This document shows positions 1-8,329 of a DNA stretch of 39,665 nucleotides, piece by piece; position 1 is the first letter of the stretch; each line of letters starts with the position of its first letter. Origin of the DNA: a virus (taxonomy: Duplodnaviria; Caudoviricetes); IMG/VR virus record IMGVR_UViG_3300017774_004409, positions 1 through 39,665 of that record; one strand, written 5' to 3'. The notes beneath the pieces were generated by a model. That model searched no databases and had not been told where the DNA came from. It worked only from the letters and a program-made list of their open reading frames with translations. Both the position numbers and the translations under genes were made by a program.

Positions 1-637
1 CAGCCAACACAATGTGAAAGCATACTTTGATTCTAAACCTGCTCAATCAGAATTGGTTGATCACTTTATTGGCCGTATGGTCAATGAGCGCATGAACATG
101 GTTGAAATCAGCCGTGCCATTGCTGACATGCCAGCAGATGCTGATCCAGTTGAGCTACAGTTGCTAACACAACAAGCACACGACGAAGCAGTTCACTTCC
201 GTTTGGTAAAAGAAGTCATTGAACACATCCAAGGCTCACCAGTTGATGTCCAAGCTGCCATTGCAAAAGAAGCTGCCAAGCCCACAGCCAAAGGTGCTGG
301 TCTGTTGGCCAAGTATGATGCACAGGACGACGCTGCCGCATTGGCTGCTTATCAATTAGTTGCCGAAGGTCGTGCTGAAGCTGTTTGGAACACAATGGCC
401 GACTGCATTGAAGACTCATTCATCTCTGGCGCATATCGCAAGATTGCCCGAGACGAAGGTTTCCACAGCAACATCGGTGCTCGTAGCTTGGCCAAGTTGG
501 TTGAGTCTTCTGAAGAGCAAGCTCGTATTGAAACACTGGTTGTTGCAATGCGCAAAGACTTGTATGAAATTTCATGCAAGAACACTGTGGCTGCCGCTGC
601 TGGTAAAGAACTAGTGGCTGACGCTTACGGTTGGTAA
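1..637 (+). CDS. Ferritin-like di-iron protein (probably 5'-truncated)
   Basis: Two E-x-x-H motifs (DEAVH, DEGFH) with upstream Glu ligands in a helical protein. The frame is open from the window edge, so the GTG at 14 may not be the true start. Confidence 0.7.
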   Translation, partial: SQHNVKAYFDSKPAQSELVDHFIGRMVNERMNMVEISRAIADMPADADPVELQLLTQQAHDEAVHFRLVKEVIEHIQGSPVDVQAAIAKEAAKPTAKGAGLLAKYDAQDDAAALAAYQLVAEGRAEAVWNTMADCIEDSFISGAYRKIARDEGFHSNIGARSLAKLVESSEEQARIETLVVAMRKDLYEISCKNTVAAAAGKELVADAYGW

Positions 638-644
638 TTTGTAC

Positions 645-669
645 GGGGAGCCAATCACTCCCCTTTTTT
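645..669 (+). terminator. Rho-independent terminator
   Basis: Stem GGGGAG/CTCCCC, 7-nt loop and T6 tract directly after the stop at 637. Confidence 0.7.
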
Positions 670-685
670 AACACACGAGGATTAA

Positions 686-1645
686 ATGAAAAAAATATTA
701 GGCGTACTACTCACATTATTTACTGTGTCAGCATTGGCATGGCAACCAACAAAACCTGTCACTGTGATATTCCCCAACGGGCCCGGTGCTGGCAACGAAA
801 TCTCATTCCGCATTGTGGCCGACATCGTGGAAAAGAAAACTGGTGCAGTGTTCAAGCCAGAACACCGCGCAGGTGCTGATGGCAACATTGCTATCAATCA
901 CTTTGTCACAGTGCCACGTGATGGTCACACCATTGCAGTACCTGCTTGCCAATCAAACTGGGTCACGTCTGAAATCTGGTATCCAAAAATGATAAAATAT
1001 AATCCCATGGATCTAGAACCCATTGCCAACATTGCTCGCAGTCCTTTAGCATTCTGGGCACACCCTAGTAGTAAAATCAACACTCCGGAAGAATTTGTGG
1101 CTGCCATCCGTAAAGGTCAAAAACTGACGGTGGCCATTGGTGGTGGTGGACACAAGCTGGCAGTGGAATATCTTGTGGACAAAGTAAGTGTGGCAGGCAG
1201 TGATAACCTACAAACTGCTATGTACAAAGGTCCTGCACAGGCTCTAATGGATGTCATGGGCGGGCATGTGGAATTTGGTGTAACCCCTGTGGCAGTGGGA
1301 TATCCACAGGTACAGGCCGGGCTTCTCAAGTTTATTGGTATTGCTGACACACAACCACTGCCAGGACTCGAGCACATTCCCTTAATGAGCAAGGCCGCTC
1401 CTGGACTCAGCATTCACGGCTGCTGGAACATGGTGTTGCCACCGGGCACGCCGCCAGAAATACAAGCATGGTATCGTGATCAGTTTGTGCCAGCAATTCG
1501 TTCAGCAGAAGCTGCTGTTAAATTTCGTGAAAACATGATGTACATCACACCGGAAGAACACTCACCAGCTGGTGTCAGAGCCAGCATGGCACGTTTACAA
1601 CAAACTTGGCAACCTATTGCACGTAGAATTGACCCCAACAAATGA
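686..1645 (+). CDS. tctC: Tripartite tricarboxylate transporter substrate-binding protein (Bug/TctC family)
   Basis: Signal peptide, then WQPTKPVTVIFPNGPGAG, RAGADGNIA, DGHT, YKGPAQALMDVMGGHV and PPGTPPEI, typical Bug-family motifs. GAGG SD. Confidence 0.85.
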   Translation: MKKILGVLLTLFTVSALAWQPTKPVTVIFPNGPGAGNEISFRIVADIVEKKTGAVFKPEHRAGADGNIAINHFVTVPRDGHTIAVPACQSNWVTSEIWYPKMIKYNPMDLEPIANIARSPLAFWAHPSSKINTPEEFVAAIRKGQKLTVAIGGGGHKLAVEYLVDKVSVAGSDNLQTAMYKGPAQALMDVMGGHVEFGVTPVAVGYPQVQAGLLKFIGIADTQPLPGLEHIPLMSKAAPGLSIHGCWNMVLPPGTPPEIQAWYRDQFVPAIRSAEAAVKFRENMMYITPEEHSPAGVRASMARLQQTWQPIARRIDPNK

Positions 1646-2217
1646 AAATAGGTATTTCAATGGAAATGACCCGTGTGCTACGTGATACGTGGCATGCGGC
1701 CTTAAATCACGAATGGTATGACTTGTTTGCTGGGCACGAAATTGTTCCACTGTCATGTCATGGTCAAGAGCCCAACACAGCCGAATTTGATTTGATTGTG
1801 TTAACTGGTGGAAATGACACAGTCAAGTTCAACACCTGGCGCAACAATGTGTATCCTGTTCGTGATCAATTTGAGTCTGCGCTGATCAAACAATGTTTAC
1901 TGACTTGTACACCATTGATAGGCATTTGTAGAGGCAGTCATTTTCTTAACTTAGAATCTGGTGGTACTGTGCGGTTGATGGCAGAACCTTATGATAATGT
2001 ACGAATACAATTACCGGCATTTGAAGTCACGTGTCATCACACCATATGCATAGATCAACTTGCACCGGGGTTTGAAGTGCTAGAACAAGATTCTGCAGGT
2101 GTGGTTGAATTAGCTATACATAAAGTAAGCCGCCAACTGGGAGTTGGCTGGCATCCCGAACGTGCTGTAAATGCACATACTAGATCTTACATTCTAAACT
2201 TAATCAACTCATTATGA
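1642..2217 (+). CDS. Class I glutamine amidotransferase / peptidase C26 (PuuD-like)
   Basis: LTGGND, nucleophile elbow GICRG and WHPE triad. ATGA overlap with tctC. Confidence 0.8.
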   Translation: MKIGISMEMTRVLRDTWHAALNHEWYDLFAGHEIVPLSCHGQEPNTAEFDLIVLTGGNDTVKFNTWRNNVYPVRDQFESALIKQCLLTCTPLIGICRGSHFLNLESGGTVRLMAEPYDNVRIQLPAFEVTCHHTICIDQLAPGFEVLEQDSAGVVELAIHKVSRQLGVGWHPERAVNAHTRSYILNLINSL

Positions 2218-2837
2218 AATACATATTCGTGGCCGGTGCTCCCGGATCAAAATGGAGCAGTGTGGTCAAAAACATTTATTATTCGCCCAGCATCGATCAA
2301 ACTGACTACTCTGATGCACGTACCTACTATCATGACGCCTCTGGCCAAATGGATCTGATGCATCTAGGTGCGTACTTTGACCCAGGCATGGAGTTTGGCA
2401 CAGGATTTGATAATCTAGCACGATATAAAAAAGAAATGCTGGAGGCCGAGTTTGATCGGCCATTTCGCGGATCGGGTGTGCGTATTATCAAGAGCCATTG
2501 TTTTGCTACACAGATCGACACACTAAAGAGTTACTGGCCAGAGTCTCCTGTAGTGCTGGTTCACAGACCTGATGATGCTTGCCTGGGATGGTGGGTCAAA
2601 TGTGGGCATTTCGACATCACGTACCCGTTGTATGATAAGTACTACGTTGATTTAAAAATCATGGCAACAAAAATCAACCAGCAGAATCACGGCATTGACC
2701 AAGCAATCGCTCACAGTCAGAATCCACAACAGGTTTCAAACAATCGACAATTGTGCAAGACCTTGGGCATTGAACTGCCGCCAGAAGAATACTGGCAAAA
2801 TTATGCAGCATCAGACATAGGAGTAACAGTAATATGA
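2214..2837 (+). CDS. Hypothetical protein with N-terminal P-loop/sulfotransferase-like motif
   Basis: IFVAGAPGSKWSS, IIKSH and VLVHR resemble a sulfotransferase/P-loop fold. Translationally coupled on both sides. Confidence 0.5.
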   Translation: MKYIFVAGAPGSKWSSVVKNIYYSPSIDQTDYSDARTYYHDASGQMDLMHLGAYFDPGMEFGTGFDNLARYKKEMLEAEFDRPFRGSGVRIIKSHCFATQIDTLKSYWPESPVVLVHRPDDACLGWWVKCGHFDITYPLYDKYYVDLKIMATKINQQNHGIDQAIAHSQNPQQVSNNRQLCKTLGIELPPEEYWQNYAASDIGVTVI

Positions 2838-3478
2838 ACAGCGACTGGGCCGTCACAAAACAGCGGAGTCAATATCACTTTGACAACAGCATAATGGATC
2901 CTAGATGGGATACAGTGCAACATTTAGGCAATATTAAAACAGACTGGACCACGGAGTTACAGTCTGTGATTGACAATGCAAAACCAGTTACCTGGAGAAC
3001 ACGTGGACGAGACAATGATCCTTTGGCTCGGCCTGATCTGGATTATGATCGAGAAGAATATGACCTAGAACGAATAGGCATGGGCCGGGATTATATTGTA
3101 ACTAATCTAAGTTATGAACTGCCGCAGTTGTTTCAACGCATTGCAGATCAATTTGCACTGGACAGCAGTATGGCACGTATTCATGTACAAACGCCCGGGC
3201 AAGTGTGGAATCTGCACCTAGACAAATTGGAAAAGTGGATGCCGGCAGACCCAACACAAGTTGTACGGTATTTTGTACAACTAACAGACTGGCAACCGGG
3301 CCATTTCTGGAGTTATGGCAACTACATGTGGAGCGGATGGCGTGCCGGAGATGTCAGTACATTTGATTGGCTAAATGTTCCGCACAGCACAGCCAATGCT
3401 GGCCATACGCCAAGAGCAACCTTGCAAGTAACTGGCATTATCACAGACCGCACACGGGTATTTTTGGCTGAATTATAA
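2834..3478 (+). CDS. Putative 2OG-Fe(II)/cupin oxygenase (Asp/Asn beta-hydroxylase-like)
   Basis: H-x-D (HLD), distal H (PHSTAN), then R-x-T (PRATLQVTG). Confidence 0.6.
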   Translation: MNSDWAVTKQRSQYHFDNSIMDPRWDTVQHLGNIKTDWTTELQSVIDNAKPVTWRTRGRDNDPLARPDLDYDREEYDLERIGMGRDYIVTNLSYELPQLFQRIADQFALDSSMARIHVQTPGQVWNLHLDKLEKWMPADPTQVVRYFVQLTDWQPGHFWSYGNYMWSGWRAGDVSTFDWLNVPHSTANAGHTPRATLQVTGIITDRTRVFLAEL

Positions 3479-3530
3479 AAATATTGTTGCTAAAGATAAA
3501 CAGCCATACCTATCAAATTGTAACGCTTAA

Positions 3531-3536
3531 TAAATA
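3531..3536 (+). promoter_or_regulatory. TAAATA late-promoter-like motif upstream of lysis cassette
   Basis: Matches the core of the T4 late promoter TATAAATA. It recurs upstream of many genes in this window. Confidence 0.55.
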
Positions 3537-3556
3537 CTGTTGAATAAAGGACTAGT

Positions 3557-4180
3557 ATGTCACAAATTGTGTGGATGCTCAGTCTAGTACCCGACAGTGT
3601 TTTTGTAGCATTGACTTATATTGTATTTGCACTGGGACTAGGACTGTACATAGCGTCAAAATTGGTACAATGGATACCTGTTATAATGCAATATCGCATA
3701 CCGGCAGAATTGATCGGTATAGTATGCCTCTGCATAGGTGCATATTTCTTTGGCTGGCGCGGCAACGAACAAAAGTGGTTGGATCGTGTGGCCGAATTAG
3801 AAGCCCGGGTTAAAATTGCAGAAGAAAAAAGCCAACAGGTCAACACGGTGATACAAGAAAAGATTGTGACCCGAGTCAAAGTGATCAAGGAAAATGTTTA
3901 TGTCAACAGAGAAATCATCAAAGAAGTTGCCGGTGCACAGCTGGATGCTCAGTGTAGTTTGCCTCGTAGCACTGTCAGCCTGCACGACAGTGCCAGTCGC
4001 AATGAAGTTCCCAACCGTGCCGCCGCAATTGATGGAACCCCCTCGGGAGTTGAAGCCAGTAGGCTCCTCGAACGAGTTGTTGAAAACTACGGAGCCTGCC
4101 ACGAAAACACAGAAAAACTAAAAGCATGGCAGCAGTGGTATCGTGAGCAGAAGACAATATTTGAAGGAGCCGTTAAATGA
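3557..4180 (+). CDS. Inner-membrane spanin (Rz-like)
   Basis: N-terminal TM segments and a coiled coil. Contains an out-of-frame lipoprotein gene and abuts the endolysin. Confidence 0.7.
   Translation: MSQIVWMLSLVPDSVFVALTYIVFALGLGLYIASKLVQWIPVIMQYRIPAELIGIVCLCIGAYFFGWRGNEQKWLDRVAELEARVKIAEEKSQQVNTVIQEKIVTRVKVIKENVYVNREIIKEVAGAQLDAQCSLPRSTVSLHDSASRNEVPNRAAAIDGTPSGVEASRLLERVVENYGACHENTEKLKAWQQWYREQKTIFEGAVK
3900..4121 (+). CDS. Outer-membrane spanin lipoprotein (Rz1-like), embedded in Rz
   Basis: MSTEKSSKK...MLSVVCLVALSA-C lipobox followed by a Pro-rich segment. AAGGA SD 8 nt upstream of ATG 3900. Alternative starts are 3894 and 3945. Confidence 0.7.
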   Translation: MSTEKSSKKLPVHSWMLSVVCLVALSACTTVPVAMKFPTVPPQLMEPPRELKPVGSSNELLKTTEPATKTQKN

Positions 4181-4791
4181 GCAGTATATTGACCCTAGAC
4201 CAACTAAAACAAATGGTCAAAAATCCCTACACCGCGCAGTGGTACGAAGCCCTGGACCAGTTGTTGGATGACTACGAAATCAACACACCCTTGCGTGTGG
4301 CACACTTTGTTGCACAGTGCGCACACGAATCAGGCAACTTTGTATTCATCAAAGAAAATCTAAACTACCGTGCTGCTAGCCTGCAAAAAACATTTGGCAA
4401 GTATTTCCCCACAGCTGAGTTGGCAGCACAGTATGCCAACAAGCCTGAGCGCATTGCCAATCGAGTCTACGCCAATAGAATGGGCAACGGCGACGAAGCG
4501 TCGGGTGACGGCTGGCGCTACTGTGGTCGCGGGCTGATTCAGCTCACAGGCAAAGACAACTACACGTTCTTTGCCGGCAGCTTGAGTATTCCAGTAGAAG
4601 AAGCAGCCGAATACCTACAGACATTTGAAGGTGCTGCACAAAGTGCTTGTTGGTACTGGGAGCAAAACAACTTGAATCGCTTTGCCGATGCCAACGATGT
4701 CAAGGGATTGACACGAGCCATCAACGGTGGCTACATCGGTCTTGAAGATCGTATCAAGCACACCGAACATGCACTGCATGTCATGAATTAA
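4177..4791 (+). CDS. Endolysin, glycoside hydrolase family 19
   Basis: AHFVAQCAHESG, ENLNY, ANRVYANRMGNG, YCGRGLIQLTGKDNY and TRAINGG. Confidence 0.9.
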   Translation: MSSILTLDQLKQMVKNPYTAQWYEALDQLLDDYEINTPLRVAHFVAQCAHESGNFVFIKENLNYRAASLQKTFGKYFPTAELAAQYANKPERIANRVYANRMGNGDEASGDGWRYCGRGLIQLTGKDNYTFFAGSLSIPVEEAAEYLQTFEGAAQSACWYWEQNNLNRFADANDVKGLTRAINGGYIGLEDRIKHTEHALHVMN

Positions 4792-4870
4792 ACACACTGT
4801 AAAGTTCACATCCGGCCCTTGTAAGTATATAGACTCGGCAAAGATCGAGCAAATATAAAGGGCCGGAGCC

Positions 4871-5098
4871 ATGAAAAAACACAGCATTGCTGCCATTGCA
4901 GTCATGGTGTTTTTTAACACGTCATCATCACAAAACATCACACGGTCTCAACCTCAGGCCGCACCTTCATCACCGGCCAACACATTTCAAGACACCCCCA
5001 AGTGCATTAGATGGACCTGGAGCGGTGATGTATACAACAGAACTGTAGTTTGTTTGGAGTGGCGCAAAAAAGATCCCGACAAGGAAAGAAAAAAATGA
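4871..5098 (+). CDS. Small secreted hypothetical protein
   Basis: Signal-like N-terminus and a C-x-R-W...V-x-C-L-E-W Cys pair. Stop overlaps the next ATG. Confidence 0.55.
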   Translation: MKKHSIAAIAVMVFFNTSSSQNITRSQPQAAPSSPANTFQDTPKCIRWTWSGDVYNRTVVCLEWRKKDPDKERKK

Positions 5099-5586
5099 TT
5101 GATCCAATCACCGCGTTGGCAGGCATACAATCTGCTGTTGCATTAATCAAAAAAATATCAAAGACCGTGGATGACGTTTCATCTCTGGGCCCGGTACTGG
5201 GCAAGTATTTTGATGCCAAAAGCAATGCAACCAAAGCTGCCGTACAGGCCAAAACCAGTGGTAAGAAGTCCAGCATGGCCACAGCAATTGAAATTGAAAT
5301 GGCCTTGGACCAGGCAGCCCGATTTGAAAAAGAATTGCAACTGCTGTTCATGCAAACTGGCAAGATTGACGTATGGAATAAAATTAAAGCAAGGTCACAA
5401 TCCATGGATCTTGAAGCTGCTCATGATGCCAGAAGAGAAAAGGAAGCTGCTGCAAAACGCAAGAGAGAGATAGACGAAGCCATAGAAATAGTCCTTGCAG
5501 TGATTTTGGCCATGGTTGCACTTGTGGGCATGGGATGGGGCTTGTATGAATTGATATCTTATTGCAGAATCAATGGTTGCGGGTAA
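5095..5586 (+). CDS. Hypothetical membrane protein (MIDPITAL type), paralog of 5737-6516
   Basis: ATG 5095 overlaps the upstream TGA, with an AAGGA SD. Coiled coil plus C-terminal TM helix. Confidence 0.65.
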   Translation: MIDPITALAGIQSAVALIKKISKTVDDVSSLGPVLGKYFDAKSNATKAAVQAKTSGKKSSMATAIEIEMALDQAARFEKELQLLFMQTGKIDVWNKIKARSQSMDLEAAHDARREKEAAAKRKREIDEAIEIVLAVILAMVALVGMGWGLYELISYCRINGCG

Positions 5587-5672
5587 CTGCATGGTGTATC
5601 CTGTCCTGGACAAATAAATAATTCAACTATAACGGCTCTGGTTTTAAAATAAGCACACATTTAATCTAGCAC

Positions 5673-5701
5673 AAAAGCCCCGTAAATACTACGGGGCTTT
5701 T
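5673..5701. terminator. Bidirectional-type hairpin terminator with TAAATA across its loop
   Basis: Perfect 12-bp stem AAAAGCCCCGTA/TACGGGGCTTTT, loop AATAC. Confidence 0.7.
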
Positions 5702-5736
5702 CTACGAAAGAGGTCCAAAATTAAAAGAACTATAAT

Positions 5737-6516
5737 ATGGATCCACTAACGCTGTTTGCCTTGGCCAATGGAGCTGTCTCCGCAGTCAAGGCTGGCTGTA
5801 AACTGTACAAAGACATCAAGAGTGCAGCAGGCGAAGTACGCGACGTTCTCAAGGATCTTGATTCACAGTTCCACAAGTTGTATGACGGCCGGCCTGTGCC
5901 ACCAGAAGCCAAAAAACAATTACAAGAAGAAAAAGCTCGCGTAGTAGAACTAAACAAGAAAGCCGAAGCCAACGAGCACACTGGCATCTATCAAGAAATT
6001 GGCAATCACCTGGGCACATACTATGACAACTTTTACAAGTGCATGGCCATATTTGACGAACAAGAACGTCGAGCTCGGCGTGAAATTTACACCGGAGATG
6101 ACAGCCTGGGCAAACGTGCTCTACAACGTGTGCTGATGCGCAAACAACTGCAACAAATGGAAGTTGAACTACGGGAATTAATGATCTATCAAAGTCCGCC
6201 GGAACTGGGTGCGCTGTATACCGAAGTTGAAGAAATGATGAAACAAATGAGTGCAGAACAACAGATTCTTGTGATAAAACAAATGAAAGTCCAAGAAGTT
6301 CAGCAAAAACGACGTCAGGCACGATTGGTACAACTCAGAGAAGAATTTGCAATGGGCCTGGCCATTGTGTGTGTGATATTTTTTATGGGCGGAATGTTTG
6401 TATGGGTAGCGCATGATAGACAACAAAAGTATCCTCAATACGGCAACGAGTTATTCCCTAGCAGCGAGGAACAACGTCAAAGAGACGCCGAGCCTCAAAT
6501 TTATATTGGACGATAA
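5737..6516 (+). CDS. Hypothetical membrane protein (MDPLTL type), paralog of 5095-5586
   Basis: Long ORF, coiled coil, single C-terminal TM helix. Confidence 0.65.
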   Translation: MDPLTLFALANGAVSAVKAGCKLYKDIKSAAGEVRDVLKDLDSQFHKLYDGRPVPPEAKKQLQEEKARVVELNKKAEANEHTGIYQEIGNHLGTYYDNFYKCMAIFDEQERRARREIYTGDDSLGKRALQRVLMRKQLQQMEVELRELMIYQSPPELGALYTEVEEMMKQMSAEQQILVIKQMKVQEVQQKRRQARLVQLREEFAMGLAIVCVIFFMGGMFVWVAHDRQQKYPQYGNELFPSSEEQRQRDAEPQIYIGR

Positions 6517-6546
6517 ATACTTGTGCTACAACAACAAGGAGTCTGC

Positions 6547-7077
6547 ATGACAAACAAACAAAAAGAAGACTGGATGAACGCAAAGTGGCGTCCCATGATG
6601 GGATGGACCTATATGATCACCTGTATATTTGATTTTGTAGTAGCACCAATTCTTTGGAGTTTGACACAGAGTCTATTTCAGGGCAGCGTACAAACACAAT
6701 GGCAGCCGTTGACCCTTCAAGGTGCCGGACTGTATCACATTGCCATGGGTGCTGTGTTGGGCATTGCTGCCTATGGTCGCACACAGGAAAAACTTGGCGG
6801 AGCCAACAATGGCGGAATCCAACTTCCGGCAAATGTTGGAACAACATATGTGCCTCCCACTGCTACTGGGCAGACTGTGCCTGGTGCATTTGGTGCGCCA
6901 ACTGCCACCACAGTTACACAGTCCTGGGGCACAGCATCTACCGGAGGGGGATTTAGCAACTCGTCTCCAACAGGGTTTGGTAGCAGTGCAGGATTTGGAG
7001 CGCCAGCGACTGGCGCAGTTGTCACAGGATGGGGCGGCAAATCCGCACCGGTAATTCCACCATTCCCAGAAAGATAA
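6547..7077 (+). CDS. Putative holin (3TM/GTA-release holin-like) with Gly/Thr-rich tail
   Basis: KWRPMMGW motif, hydrophobic helices and AYGRTQEK. AAGGAG SD before ATG 6547. Lysis context. Confidence 0.6.
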   Translation: MTNKQKEDWMNAKWRPMMGWTYMITCIFDFVVAPILWSLTQSLFQGSVQTQWQPLTLQGAGLYHIAMGAVLGIAAYGRTQEKLGGANNGGIQLPANVGTTYVPPTATGQTVPGAFGAPTATTVTQSWGTASTGGGFSNSSPTGFGSSAGFGAPATGAVVTGWGGKSAPVIPPFPER

Positions 7078-7089
7078 AAAGGAAACACT

Positions 7090-7233
7090 ATGTTAGAAAC
7101 ATTATTTTGGATTTTTGTAGGCGCATTTGTAGGTTGGAATTTCCCACAGCCCAGCTTTGCAAAAAACATACAGGCCAAATACTTGCAAAAGTATATTGAC
7201 CGATCAAAGACAATATTATTTTTCTGGAGATAA
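7090..7233 (+). CDS. Small membrane protein (47 aa, not in ORF track)
   Basis: MLETLFWIFVGAFVGWNFPQP...FFWR. AAGGA SD. Fills the gap between holin and 7236 exactly. Confidence 0.65.
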   Translation: MLETLFWIFVGAFVGWNFPQPSFAKNIQAKYLQKYIDRSKTILFFWR

Positions 7234-7235
7234 GC

Positions 7236-7442
7236 ATGAAACAACTATTACTAGCAATGGCACTGACTTTGGCTGCGCCGGCATTTGCTGAACAAGCAAA
7301 AGAAACCAAACAAGTTTGCGTTACTGTGAAAAAAGACGGCAAGGATGTGATTGACCCAAAGACAAAAAAGCCAAAAGAGTCTTGCAAACAAGTGAAACAG
7401 CATAAAAAATTAGAAGGTACTCAAGTACCCGGCAAGCAGTAA
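7236..7442 (+). CDS. Small secreted basic protein
   Basis: Signal peptide (AFA cleavage site), two Cys, Lys-rich. GGAG SD. Confidence 0.65.
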   Translation: MKQLLLAMALTLAAPAFAEQAKETKQVCVTVKKDGKDVIDPKTKKPKESCKQVKQHKKLEGTQVPGKQ

Positions 7443-7471
7443 TTGACATCTGTCACCAAGTCCTGTATAAT
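7443..7471 (+). promoter_or_regulatory. Consensus sigma70 promoter for dnaJ
   Basis: TTGACA (7443-48), 17-nt spacer, TATAAT (7466-71). Confidence 0.8.
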
Positions 7472-7492
7472 TAACTGTACAGGACTTTTTTT
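7458..7492 (+). terminator. Terminator of lysis operon overlapping the dnaJ promoter
   Basis: 10-bp stem AAGTCCTGTA/TACAGGACTT followed by a T tract. Confidence 0.6.
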
Positions 7493-8275
7493 ATGACAGA
7501 TCACTATACCACTCTGGGCGTGAGCCGTACAGCTACCGCAGACGAAATCAAACGTGCATTTCGCAAGCTGGCCAGCCAACATCATCCAGACAAGGGTGGA
7601 GATACTCAAAAGTTTCAAGAAATACAAGCGGCCTATGATACCCTGGGTGATGCTGCCAAACGACAACAATACGATAATCCCAGACCGCAGTTTGGTAATT
7701 TTGCCCCAGGCAACGGACAACAGTTTAATTTTGACACAATCTTTGATGTGTTTGGCGCAACATTTCAACAGCATCGGCAAAGGCCACAACAACCGGCCAT
7801 ATCTCGGGTAAATTTAACAATCAACTTGATAGACGTGGCCACCGGCGGCCGCCGCACAATTGGTATAGGCGCTGCCACTGTGGAGATAGAAATTCCACGT
7901 GGAATCAATGACGGTGACAATATTCAGTACCGGGGTCTGGGCCCACATGGCAGTGATCTGGTGATAACTTTTAGAGTATTGCCAAATCCACAGTGGCAGC
8001 GACAGAACTCAAATTTGTTGGCCGAACACCAAGTAAACATATGGGATTTGATTTTGGGTTGCGAAACAGTTGTTCGGGATTTGTTAAACAACGACATAAC
8101 TATTCTCATACCACGTGGCACACAACCCGGTGCTCGATTGCGACTGCGTGGTCGCGGACTGCCCGGGCGTACAGGTCCCGGGGACATAATTGTTCAAATC
8201 CAAGCAGTTATTCCTGCAGACATACCACAGGATCTGTTGGACCTAATAGAACAAAAACGATCAGTTATCTCTTGA
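7493..8275 (+). CDS. dnaJ: DnaJ-class co-chaperone (CbpA-like, no zinc finger)
   Basis: DHYTTLGV...HHPDKGG J-domain, G/F region and C-terminal IPRGTQPG...LRGRGLP. Confidence 0.9.
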   Translation: MTDHYTTLGVSRTATADEIKRAFRKLASQHHPDKGGDTQKFQEIQAAYDTLGDAAKRQQYDNPRPQFGNFAPGNGQQFNFDTIFDVFGATFQQHRQRPQQPAISRVNLTINLIDVATGGRRTIGIGAATVEIEIPRGINDGDNIQYRGLGPHGSDLVITFRVLPNPQWQRQNSNLLAEHQVNIWDLILGCETVVRDLLNNDITILIPRGTQPGARLRLRGRGLPGRTGPGDIIVQIQAVIPADIPQDLLDLIEQKRSVIS

Positions 8276-8300
8276 TCTACCAGACATATTGTAGTATACT
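8272..8300 (+). promoter_or_regulatory. Sigma70-like promoter for clpA
   Basis: TTGATC, 17-nt spacer, TATACT upstream of AAGGA SD and ATG 8330. Confidence 0.55.
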
Positions 8301-8329
8301 ACTATATAAACAAACTATAAAAGGAAACA

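Noticed and set aside
7463-7482. LexA (SOS) box
   Set aside because: CTGT and ACAG are 12 nt apart rather than 8. The similar site at 29644 lacks the right half.
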